Origin: a candidate division WOR-3 bacterium
Lineage (GTDB): Bacteria; Hydrothermota; Hydrothermia; LBFQ01
Direction of reading: 5' to 3'
NCBI GenBank assembly: GCA_039802605.1
Contig: JBDRWW010000011.1
Location: 1-44,878 of the forward strand
DNA length: 44,878 nucleotides
Shown here: in pieces, positions 37,434 through 44,878 of the stretch
Layout of the letters: every line of letters starts with the position of its first letter
How positions within the stretch are numbered: position 1 is the first letter of the stretch
Program-made: the position numbers and the translations under genes
The notes under the pieces: model-generated
What the model was told of the DNA's origin: nothing
Databases searched by the model: none
Seen by the model: only the letters and a program-made list of their open reading frames with translations

Positions 37434-38503
37434 AACCCCAAATCCCGCCTGATTTGTAAAACCAACCTACCAAACTCCGTATCCCTAAGTTTATCAAATA
37501 TTATAAAGCAGGTTAGCATAAAAAACATGCCGATGGACATAGCGATGAAACTTGCAAGTGTTGGAATCACCCTTTTGGGCCAAACCCTTTTCTCCTTTCC
37601 CAAAGGTTCGGATGCGGGTTGTAGAAAGGGGTTATCCTTCTTTTCCAAAAGTTTGGCCTTTTCATACTCCTCATAAAGGGTTCCATAAACCGTTGAAAGT
37701 ATGGTTAGCCTTACCCTATATTCATAAGCCTTTCTTAAATTCTTTGGGAGGTGTTCAAACTTGGATGAAAGGTTGGACATAAGGGCGTCTATTTCCCTCC
37801 TTACAATTCTAACATCGGGGATGTTTTCGGAAAAAACGGACATAAGGGTTGAGAGTTCCACCTCTTTTTGAACTATTTTTGTTATCAACTCACCTATGGC
37901 CGGTGCCACCATATCTTCGGCAGAGGGTACCAAAATCTTCTCCCTCTCCTCAAAGGCGGTAATACTATCCTGTAATAACTTTATGGAATCTTCTACCTCC
38001 TTTAACCTCTTTTCCAGAAATCTCCTTAACTCCCTACCCTTGGCGTTCAGGGTTAAATTTGCCTTTTCGTTTAAAAAGTCTATGTATTTTTGGGTAAGTT
38101 CCCTTGCCCTATCCTTATCGGTGTCCCTGACACTTAACATAAAGGAACCGCTGGGTAGGGGTTCGAGCTGGAACTTGGAATCCATAATTTGAACGGCATC
38201 GTCTATGTTTTTTGTGCCCAATATCTCCAATAGGTTATACCTTTCAATGAATTCCCTCTTAAAGTTGTAAGATGTTGCTATATCAACGAATATCTGGGCG
38301 GGTGATGACATAGCCCCCCTAGTAAGTTGAAAGAATAAAAGCGTTTGGGGTTGCAATTGTGTTATTTCCTCCAAAGATGGAACTAATATAACACCCCTTT
38401 CATATACGGGCTTAACCAAAAAGGATGATAACAATAATGCCCCGATGGTACCAACAAGCGAAAAGTAAAATATCCAACGAACCCTTTTAAAATACTCAAA
38501 CAT
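37430..38503 (-). CDS. Wzz/GumC-like polysaccharide chain-length determinant
   Basis: N-terminal TM followed by P-Y, coiled coil with SEN-PDV, and WPKR before a C-terminal TM. Confidence 0.8.
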   Translation of the reverse strand: MFEYFKRVRWIFYFSLVGTIGALLLSSFLVKPVYERGVILVPSLEEITQLQPQTLLFFQLTRGAMSSPAQIFVDIATSYNFKREFIERYNLLEILGTKNIDDAVQIMDSKFQLEPLPSGSFMLSVRDTDKDRARELTQKYIDFLNEKANLTLNAKGRELRRFLEKRLKEVEDSIKLLQDSITAFEEREKILVPSAEDMVAPAIGELITKIVQKEVELSTLMSVFSENIPDVRIVRREIDALMSNLSSKFEHLPKNLRKAYEYRVRLTILSTVYGTLYEEYEKAKLLEKKDNPFLQPASEPLGKEKRVWPKRVIPTLASFIAMSIGMFFMLTCFIIFDKLRDTEFGRLVLQIRRDLGL

Positions 38504-38504
38504 T

Positions 38505-39095
38505 CTAAATCTTGAAGTCCTCTTGTGTTAAACCAACATTAACCCTTATATCCCTAAAATTAACCGTTCTTACCTCATTGCCATCGGATGTGTAATCAAC
38601 AACCATAACGGGGAGGAATGTCTCGGAATCTATCCAGTATTTTGAGTATGAGGCTCCATAGTTCTCGGAAGGTTGAAGGGGGACCTTGATTATATAAACC
38701 TTTTTCCCGAAAAGGGTGCCTTCGGATAGAAACTCGGCACTTTTAACCCTCTTTATAAAATACGGTATATGGCTTTCGTATATCCTATGACCCTTTGGTG
38801 ATCTCAACCTGTTATCGTCAGGCGAAAGTGTTACCTTTAAAAATCCCTTCTTCGCCCTAACCTTGCCCGTTTTTGGATTATAAACCGCTATTCCACCTTT
38901 GTTTTCCCCTTCCAAGACCTCCATATAAACCCAACCGTCCATATACTTCTGTGAATACAGTTTGTACTCCGTTTTTCCGTTTTCCTTTGGAACCTTTGAC
39001 TCCATTTTGGCCGTATAATCCTTTATTTTTGTCAGGTTTTCCCTCAAATTCGCGACTATTTCATCGGCGGATATCGATATGAGTATGTAAAGCAT
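38505..39095 (-). CDS. LolA-fold outer-membrane lipoprotein-sorting-like protein
   Basis: ADEI------IKDYTA, YWID-ETFLP, F-DI-VN-GL--EDF. Confidence 0.75.
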   Translation of the reverse strand: MLYILISISADEIVANLRENLTKIKDYTAKMESKVPKENGKTEYKLYSQKYMDGWVYMEVLEGENKGGIAVYNPKTGKVRAKKGFLKVTLSPDDNRLRSPKGHRIYESHIPYFIKRVKSAEFLSEGTLFGKKVYIIKVPLQPSENYGASYSKYWIDSETFLPVMVVDYTSDGNEVRTVNFRDIRVNVGLTQEDFKI

Positions 39096-39102
39096 AGTGG
39101 AA

Positions 39103-39136
39103 ATTTTAAGGTTGAAAAATTAAACGGTTATAAAAT
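39103..39136. promoter_or_regulatory. Back-to-back promoter pair within 34 bp
   Basis: Minus: CAACCT-TAAAAT (39114-39103). Plus: CGGTTA-TAAAAT (39125-39136). Confidence 0.7.
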
Positions 39137-39145
39137 ACCCGCTTT

Positions 39146-40876
39146 ATGAAAATATCCGGGGTATATAAACACGATGTTATTATATTGGGGGCGGGACTGG
39201 CGGGTTTAAGGGCTGCGGTTGAGATAGGTAGGAAATACGGGGATAGGGTTAATGTCGGAATAGTTTCAAAGGTTCAGTTGATGAGGGCGCATTCGGTATG
39301 CGCGGAGGGGGGAACGGCAGCGGTTCTAAGGCCCGAAGAGGGGGACTCCTTTGAATTGCACGCGTGGGATACGATAAAGGGTTCGGACTTTTTGGCGGAT
39401 CAGGATGCGGTTTTCAGGCTTGTAAAGATGATGCCCTACGAGATACTCCTTTTGGAACATTGGGGAATACCTTGGGCGAGGAGGAATGACGGAAAAATAG
39501 CGGCGAGGGCCTTTGGCGGCCAGAGCTTTTTGAGAACATGCTTTGCGCAGGATAAAACGGGATTCTTTGAAATGCAAACCCTTTACGATACACTCCTGAA
39601 ATTCACAAACTTCCAAAGGTATGACGAGTTCTTTGCTACATCCATAATAATTAAAGATAACAAATTTGCGGGTTTAACGGCAATTGACTTGGTAAACGGG
39701 GAGTTTGTACTCTTTATGGGTAAGGCCCTGATAATAGCAACGGGTGGAGCCGGAAGGCTTTATAGATTCACCACATATTCGCATTCAGTTACGGGCGACG
39801 GTTTGGCTATGGCTTACAGGGCGGGGTTACCCTTGAAGGATATGGAGTTTATACAGTTCCACCCCACGGGTATAGTTCCATCGGGGATATTGGTAACCGA
39901 AGGTGCGAGGGGAGAGGGAGGATATTTGAGGAATAATAAAGGGGAAAGGTTTATGCAAAGGTACGCACCAAGTAAAATGGAGTTGGCCCCAAGGGACATA
40001 GTTTCAAGGTCTATGATGATAGAAATAGAGGAGGGAAGGGGATTTGAAGGTCCGGATGGGTTGGATTATTTGCACCTTGACCTAACACACCTCGGAAAGG
40101 AAAAGATACTTGAAAGGTTGCCCCTTATAAGGGAGTTGGCCATAAAGTTTGCCGGTGTGGATCCCATATACGAGCCAATACCGGTAAGGCCCGTGGCGCA
40201 CTACTCAATGGGTGGTATCCATACGGACATTGACGGGAGAACACCCGTTGAAAACATTTTTGCCGCAGGAGAGGCCGCCTGCGTATCCGTTCATGGTGCC
40301 AATAGGTTGGGTTCAAATTCAACGGCGGAATGTTTGGTTTGGGGTAGGATAACGGGTGAATTATCCGCGGAATACGCCTTAAATTCGGATTACATTTTCA
40401 AAGAGGATGAGGTATTGTCGGAGGCGGAGAAGGAGGCAAAAAGGATTGAGGAAATGCTTAATAAAGACGGAAACGAAAACCCTTATGAGATCAGAAACGA
40501 ATTGAGGAGGCTTATGGATACACATGTGGGGGTTTTCAGAACGGGTGATAAACTCCAAGAGGCTTTAAATAAAGTTAGGGAATTGAAGAAGAGGTTTAAC
40601 AATATACGCATAGTTGATAAGGAACTCGTTTGGAATACCGATTTGGTTAGCGCCCTTGAAACCGAAAACATGCTTGAAATAGCCGAAGTAGTTATCCTCG
40701 GTGCCTTAATGAGGGAGGAAAGTAGGGGGGCCCATGCCCGTAGGGATTTCCCAAACAGGGATGACGAGAGGTTTTTAAAGCACACCTTGGCTTATAGAAA
40801 TGAGGATGGAACTCCGAGAATAGAGTATATCCCGGTGAATATAACATATTGGAAACCCGTGGAGAGGAAATACTAA
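39146..40876 (+). CDS. sdhA: Succinate dehydrogenase/fumarate reductase flavoprotein subunit
   Basis: GAGLAG, HSVCAEGG, QFHPT, EGARGEGG, LAPRD, HYSMGG, HGANRLG, ESRGAH. Confidence 0.95.
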   Translation: MKISGVYKHDVIILGAGLAGLRAAVEIGRKYGDRVNVGIVSKVQLMRAHSVCAEGGTAAVLRPEEGDSFELHAWDTIKGSDFLADQDAVFRLVKMMPYEILLLEHWGIPWARRNDGKIAARAFGGQSFLRTCFAQDKTGFFEMQTLYDTLLKFTNFQRYDEFFATSIIIKDNKFAGLTAIDLVNGEFVLFMGKALIIATGGAGRLYRFTTYSHSVTGDGLAMAYRAGLPLKDMEFIQFHPTGIVPSGILVTEGARGEGGYLRNNKGERFMQRYAPSKMELAPRDIVSRSMMIEIEEGRGFEGPDGLDYLHLDLTHLGKEKILERLPLIRELAIKFAGVDPIYEPIPVRPVAHYSMGGIHTDIDGRTPVENIFAAGEAACVSVHGANRLGSNSTAECLVWGRITGELSAEYALNSDYIFKEDEVLSEAEKEAKRIEEMLNKDGNENPYEIRNELRRLMDTHVGVFRTGDKLQEALNKVRELKKRFNNIRIVDKELVWNTDLVSALETENMLEIAEVVILGALMREESRGAHARRDFPNRDDERFLKHTLAYRNEDGTPRIEYIPVNITYWKPVERKY

Positions 40877-40880
40877 GGGT

Positions 40881-42260
40881 TTGAATAGTGCCCTCTTTTG
40901 GACTTTAGCTTCAAGGGTTTCAATACAGGCTTTCTCCTTTTTAAGGGTTGTTATACTCGCGAGAATACTAACCCCCTACGATTTCGGTATTTCCGCCAGC
41001 ACATTTATAGCATATCAACTATTGGATATGCTAACATTTACAGGTTTTACAACGGCTTTAACCGCCCATAAGGGCAATTTTAAAGAGGGTTATCCAACCC
41101 TTTGGTGGTCAACATTTATAAGGGGGCTAATTCTTGCCACCATATTGTTTTTGTTTTCCGATAGTATAGGGGATTTTTTTCACGATAAAAATGTTTCCTT
41201 TGCCGCAAAAGTTATAGCGCTATCCTTTATACCAAACTCGTTAACAAACCCCGTTTTCATAGTTGAGGCCAATAGGTTTTTTGATTTTAAGAAGATCTTT
41301 ATTTTGGAGTTTTCGGAAGCCTTTATAAACACGATTTCGGCCGTAATCCTTGCATTTTACTTTAAGGATTTCAGGGCTATGATATACGCTTTCTTAATCG
41401 GGGTATTTTCAAAGTTTATAATTTCTTATGTTTTAAGGCCGTATATTCCCAAACTTTCTTTTAGCCTTCGGTGGTTTAAAGAGATGCTATCCTTTGGGAT
41501 TTGGGTGAATTTAACCTTCGTATTGAATTTCCTTTTGAGGTATGCGGATAGGACATTGGTGGGTAAGTTTGCGGGGCAATCCCAATTGGGTTATTACTCA
41601 AACGCCCAAAACTTGGCTTTCTTGGTCGCACCGCAGTTGAGCTCAATGATTTCAAGGGTTCTTTTTCCGTTTTTTGTGGTTTCGAGCGGGGAAGATAGCG
41701 AAAGGGCCTTCTCTTATTATCTAAGGGCTGGGATATTAATAGGGGGGTTATTTTTTGCCCCTATGTTCTATTGGAGCGAAGGAGTTATAAAAATCCTTTT
41801 GGGAGATAAGTGGCTTGAAGCCGCGGATTTATTAAAACCACTTTCCTTGGCCTCCATAATGTCCATAATATCCAATACCATAAGCCCGCTATCTCAGGGA
41901 AAAGGTAAGCCAAATCTTGATGTTTTCCGATTGGCAATAATACCTCTGGTATTTTTACCCCTTTCCCTTTTAAACCCAGGTAATTCCGTATGGATAGCGT
42001 GGTCGCTTTTCTTCGGATACTTATCTTCCTTAGCCCTTTGGTATGTGGGGGTTGTTTTAAGCGGGGTAAGGGGATATTACGCCTTAAAACCCCTTTTACC
42101 TTTGGCCATTTCTTTGATATCGCCTATACCCTTTCAAAACGGAATTGTAAAAACCCTTGTGTTTTTATTAACCCTAATAATTTCCGAGCTTATCCTGTTT
42201 AAGGGATTGGGGATTTTTAAGATTTTGAAGTTAAGGATTCCAGAGGTTCAAAAGCCTTAG
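40881..42260 (+). CDS. Wzx-type oligosaccharide flippase
   Basis: ILARILTP-DFG, about 12 hydrophobic segments, D---VGK-------GYY, LLG-KW. Confidence 0.88.
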   Translation: MNSALFWTLASRVSIQAFSFLRVVILARILTPYDFGISASTFIAYQLLDMLTFTGFTTALTAHKGNFKEGYPTLWWSTFIRGLILATILFLFSDSIGDFFHDKNVSFAAKVIALSFIPNSLTNPVFIVEANRFFDFKKIFILEFSEAFINTISAVILAFYFKDFRAMIYAFLIGVFSKFIISYVLRPYIPKLSFSLRWFKEMLSFGIWVNLTFVLNFLLRYADRTLVGKFAGQSQLGYYSNAQNLAFLVAPQLSSMISRVLFPFFVVSSGEDSERAFSYYLRAGILIGGLFFAPMFYWSEGVIKILLGDKWLEAADLLKPLSLASIMSIISNTISPLSQGKGKPNLDVFRLAIIPLVFLPLSLLNPGNSVWIAWSLFFGYLSSLALWYVGVVLSGVRGYYALKPLLPLAISLISPIPFQNGIVKTLVFLLTLIISELILFKGLGIFKILKLRIPEVQKP

Positions 42261-44396
42261 GATTTCGGATTTTTCATTCTTCAAATACTTTAACCCCTTA
42301 TCACCCAACTTTAAAAGCACAAAGGCCTTTAAAATCCTCTCATCCCCCAAAACCCCATCTTCCTTTAAAAGTTTCCTTACGATTTCCGTTTCCCTATTTG
42401 CCCTCTCACCATTTCCATACCTTTCAAAGAAGACATCTTTGAGGTAAATATATAAATCCTCTGAGATTTGAAATTCGCCAAATTCAACCCTTTTTATACC
42501 CATAAGGTATAGGGCCTTTTGTAATGCGTTTGCCCTTATAAAACCTACTCCCTTTATACCGCCCAAAGGGGCATATTCCATAGGCAAGCCGTACCTATAA
42601 GAGTGCATAACCCTTAAAATATCCTTGTCGGTGATAAAAATGTAGCCTTCTTCTCTAAGGGTAATTACCGCCCTTGCCAAATGGTATATATCAACCAAAG
42701 AAAAACCCAATTCCCCCGGTGGGTTTGATATATTGGGATAGTGGAAAAGTCTTCCGTTTAGGTATGCCCACAATTCATCCGTCCCGTCTTCGGGGAAATC
42801 GTAAAAGGGATATTTTGTTTTAAACGCCATCCTCTCCTCAAAAAACTTATCTTTCAAAAAACTTCGTAGGGAGCCCTTGATTTTTTTCATATAGATTAAA
42901 GGCCTAATGGTTAATAGCGTGTCTATACCGCTTTCCCACCTCCTCTTCATCTCTATATATCCGAGGGGTGAAATTGAATGCCTCAATAATATTTCCCCTA
43001 TACCCGTTAATTTTCCGTTTCTTATAAACCCGTAATGTTCAAGGTATGCATATACATCTTCAAGGAATTCACCCTCAACATTTTTAAGGGATGGGACGAG
43101 GGATACAAATTTTTTCCAATTGTTTCCGGCGACCTCCACAGCCCCAAGAACCATTAATGCCACAAAGGATGATATTCCCCAATATTCCTTCAAGTTTAAA
43201 CTCCCATTCATTGAAGAGACATAGGGCTTGATACCCTCAAATATATCTTCCAATTCCTCCCGTATATCCCTATTTGATTTGCTCCAAACATACAATTCCA
43301 CATATCCTTTTTCTTTTATACCGTACCTTCCGGCTCTGCCCTCCATCTGCAATATATCCAAAACATCGGGGATATACTTATCCCGTTTAATCCTTCGGGC
43401 GAAAATTATAACCCTATCCGCTGGGAGATTTACCCCATAGGCCAATGTTTGCGTGGCTATTATGGTTTTCAAATTCCCATTTCTAAAAGAGTTTTCTATT
43501 CTTTCCCTTTCCTCGCTCGGTATATCCGCGTTATGAAAGGCCACATCTTCCCCATCCCTTTGGGGTACAAATGGCAATGTTTCATTTAGAATCCCAAGAT
43601 CCTTAAAGGATAATTCCTCCAAAACCCTATACCCTATATCCTTTTTATGCACAAAAACCAAAGTTTTCTCATTACCGGATAACTTTAAAACCCTTTCAAC
43701 TATAAACCCCACCAGTTCATCCTCATCGCCTACATCCAAACGCTTGTAGGTTCTTTCAACGGGTACGGGTCTGTAATTTGAAATTAAAACATAATTTGCA
43801 CCTATGAGATCTGCGAGTTCCTGGGGTTTGGGTACGGTTGCGGATAGGGACATGAAGGGAAACATACTTTTGTAATTTATATACGCCAAAATCTCCTCAA
43901 TCACAATACCCCTGTCTTTATATATGTGGTGGATTTCATCCAAGACAATGGGCAAAGTTATCCAATGCCTGTTTGTTCTCAAAGAGTTTGCAAGGCTCTC
44001 ATAAGTACAAATGTAAATATCCCTATCCGTTATAAACTCCTCAAATACATCTCCCGTTCTCAAACCAACTTTATCCTCACCGAAAAACTTTACAAATTTC
44101 TCATATAATTCGTTCGCCAATGCCTTCGTTGGAACCGCGTATGTACCCTTTCCATTCATAAATAGGATTGCAACGCCGGTTTTACCGGAGGATGTGGGCG
44201 CCACGATTAAGGCGTTTTCCTTCAAACCCTTTGCAATATATGTTTCATAAAAAACGCTTTGCAAGTGGTTTAGGCTTTTAAAGGGAAAATTGGGCAGGTT
44301 TATGTTTTCCTTTAATTCGTATGAAAGGGTTTCGTTATCCGCAATAACCTTTATACTTTTCCCCTTTACATCGTTTATAACCAAACGCCTTAACAT
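42231..44396 (-). CDS. Ski2/Hel308-like superfamily 2 helicase
   Basis: APTSSGKT, DEIH, LSAT, RPVP, FHNAD, TLAYGVNLPA, QMEGRAGR, HhH-like IKGVGF-RA. Confidence 0.88.
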   Translation of the reverse strand: MLRRLVINDVKGKSIKVIADNETLSYELKENINLPNFPFKSLNHLQSVFYETYIAKGLKENALIVAPTSSGKTGVAILFMNGKGTYAVPTKALANELYEKFVKFFGEDKVGLRTGDVFEEFITDRDIYICTYESLANSLRTNRHWITLPIVLDEIHHIYKDRGIVIEEILAYINYKSMFPFMSLSATVPKPQELADLIGANYVLISNYRPVPVERTYKRLDVGDEDELVGFIVERVLKLSGNEKTLVFVHKKDIGYRVLEELSFKDLGILNETLPFVPQRDGEDVAFHNADIPSEERERIENSFRNGNLKTIIATQTLAYGVNLPADRVIIFARRIKRDKYIPDVLDILQMEGRAGRYGIKEKGYVELYVWSKSNRDIREELEDIFEGIKPYVSSMNGSLNLKEYWGISSFVALMVLGAVEVAGNNWKKFVSLVPSLKNVEGEFLEDVYAYLEHYGFIRNGKLTGIGEILLRHSISPLGYIEMKRRWESGIDTLLTIRPLIYMKKIKGSLRSFLKDKFFEERMAFKTKYPFYDFPEDGTDELWAYLNGRLFHYPNISNPPGELGFSLVDIYHLARAVITLREEGYIFITDKDILRVMHSYRYGLPMEYAPLGGIKGVGFIRANALQKALYLMGIKRVEFGEFQISEDLYIYLKDVFFERYGNGERANRETEIVRKLLKEDGVLGDERILKAFVLLKLGDKGLKYLKNEKSEILRLLNLWNP

Positions 44397-44410
44397 TAAA
44401 GGCGTCGTAT

Positions 44411-44422
44411 ATTATAACACCG
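44411..44422 (-). promoter_or_regulatory. Promoter motif of the helicase
   Basis: CGGTGT-TATAAT, 14 nt before ATG 44396. Confidence 0.6.
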
Positions 44423-44445
44423 AAAAACTACGGACTTTCAAACCC

Positions 44446-44877
44446 TCAAAACACCCCCTTAAACTCCTCAACTTTATCGCCTATCCTAACTTTTAGGATA
44501 TATGCGCCTCTTTTAACATCCAACTTAAACCTATGCTTTCCAGCGGGTAAATACCCAAAACTAAACCTCTTTACAAGCCTGCCACTTGTGGTATATACAT
44601 TTATGCCAACATAATAGGACTCTTGTAGGGTTATGAGTATTTCGTTTTTATCAAGGGTTATAAACGCCCTATGTGGAGGTGCAAAATTCTCGGTTATTAC
44701 CGTAAATAAAGGATCAAGTCTGCTCACAAAGGCATCAGGAGAACCGGTAGTACCGAAGACATTTCTACTAGGTGCAAAGTTTGAGGAATTACCAGTATAT
44801 CCCGCAACAAAAACATTGCCACTTCCATCTATCGCTAAGGAACGAGCCTCATCATAACCACTTGAAGCCAGTATAGC
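44446..44877 (-). CDS. 3' end of a beta-propeller (SBBP-like) protein with T9SS/FlgD-like C-terminal tag
   Basis: Frame open to the edge: GYDEARSLAIDGSGNVFVAGYT...DAFVSRL, then VYTTSGRLVK...GAYILKV. Confidence 0.85.
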   Translation of the reverse strand, partial: AILASSGYDEARSLAIDGSGNVFVAGYTGNSSNFAPSRNVFGTTGSPDAFVSRLDPLFTVITENFAPPHRAFITLDKNEILITLQESYYVGINVYTTSGRLVKRFSFGYLPAGKHRFKLDVKRGAYILKVRIGDKVEEFKGVF

Positions 44878-44878
44878 C

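Noticed and set aside
1..44878. Many 60-150 aa ORFs overlapping the called genes
   Set aside because: They are shadow frames with no motifs or start signals.
1..44878. CRISPR array, tRNA, rRNA, IS element or riboswitch
   Set aside because: No spaced repeats, cloverleaf or transposase motifs were seen, and intergenic gaps are too short.

Overview
Dense bacterial chromosomal window (about 38-40% GC by eye) with about 45 genes, the RNase P RNA gene and two pseudogene patches. lpxA indicates a diderm envelope. T9SS/FlgD-like C-terminal tags, a very GC-rich rnpB and a TaqI-like R-M pair suggest a thermophilic FCB-associated lineage such as WOR-3 (inference). Housekeeping genes (gcvPB, uvrB, uvrD, rho, nadE, thyX, panB, lpxA, korA, sdhA, menA) lie in scrambled order, mostly without their usual operon partners. 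Two window-wide patterns stand out. (1) Almost every transcription unit begins with C-N5-TAnnAT, mostly 7-10 nt before the start codon, with no Shine-Dalgarno or -35, implying a non-canonical promoter and near-leaderless mRNAs. (2) Predicted exported proteins start with a leader of only about 6 residues, M-h-h-h-h-(S/A), instead of a normal signal peptide. Also seen: two probable ATA-initiated genes, an RNase P RNA with extra helices, and an inverted-repeat-bounded cassette carrying a HEPN-like gene and the R-M pair, with TCGA depleted across the window. No CRISPR, tRNA, rRNA or transposase was seen. All family assignments are by-eye motif recognition, not database searches.
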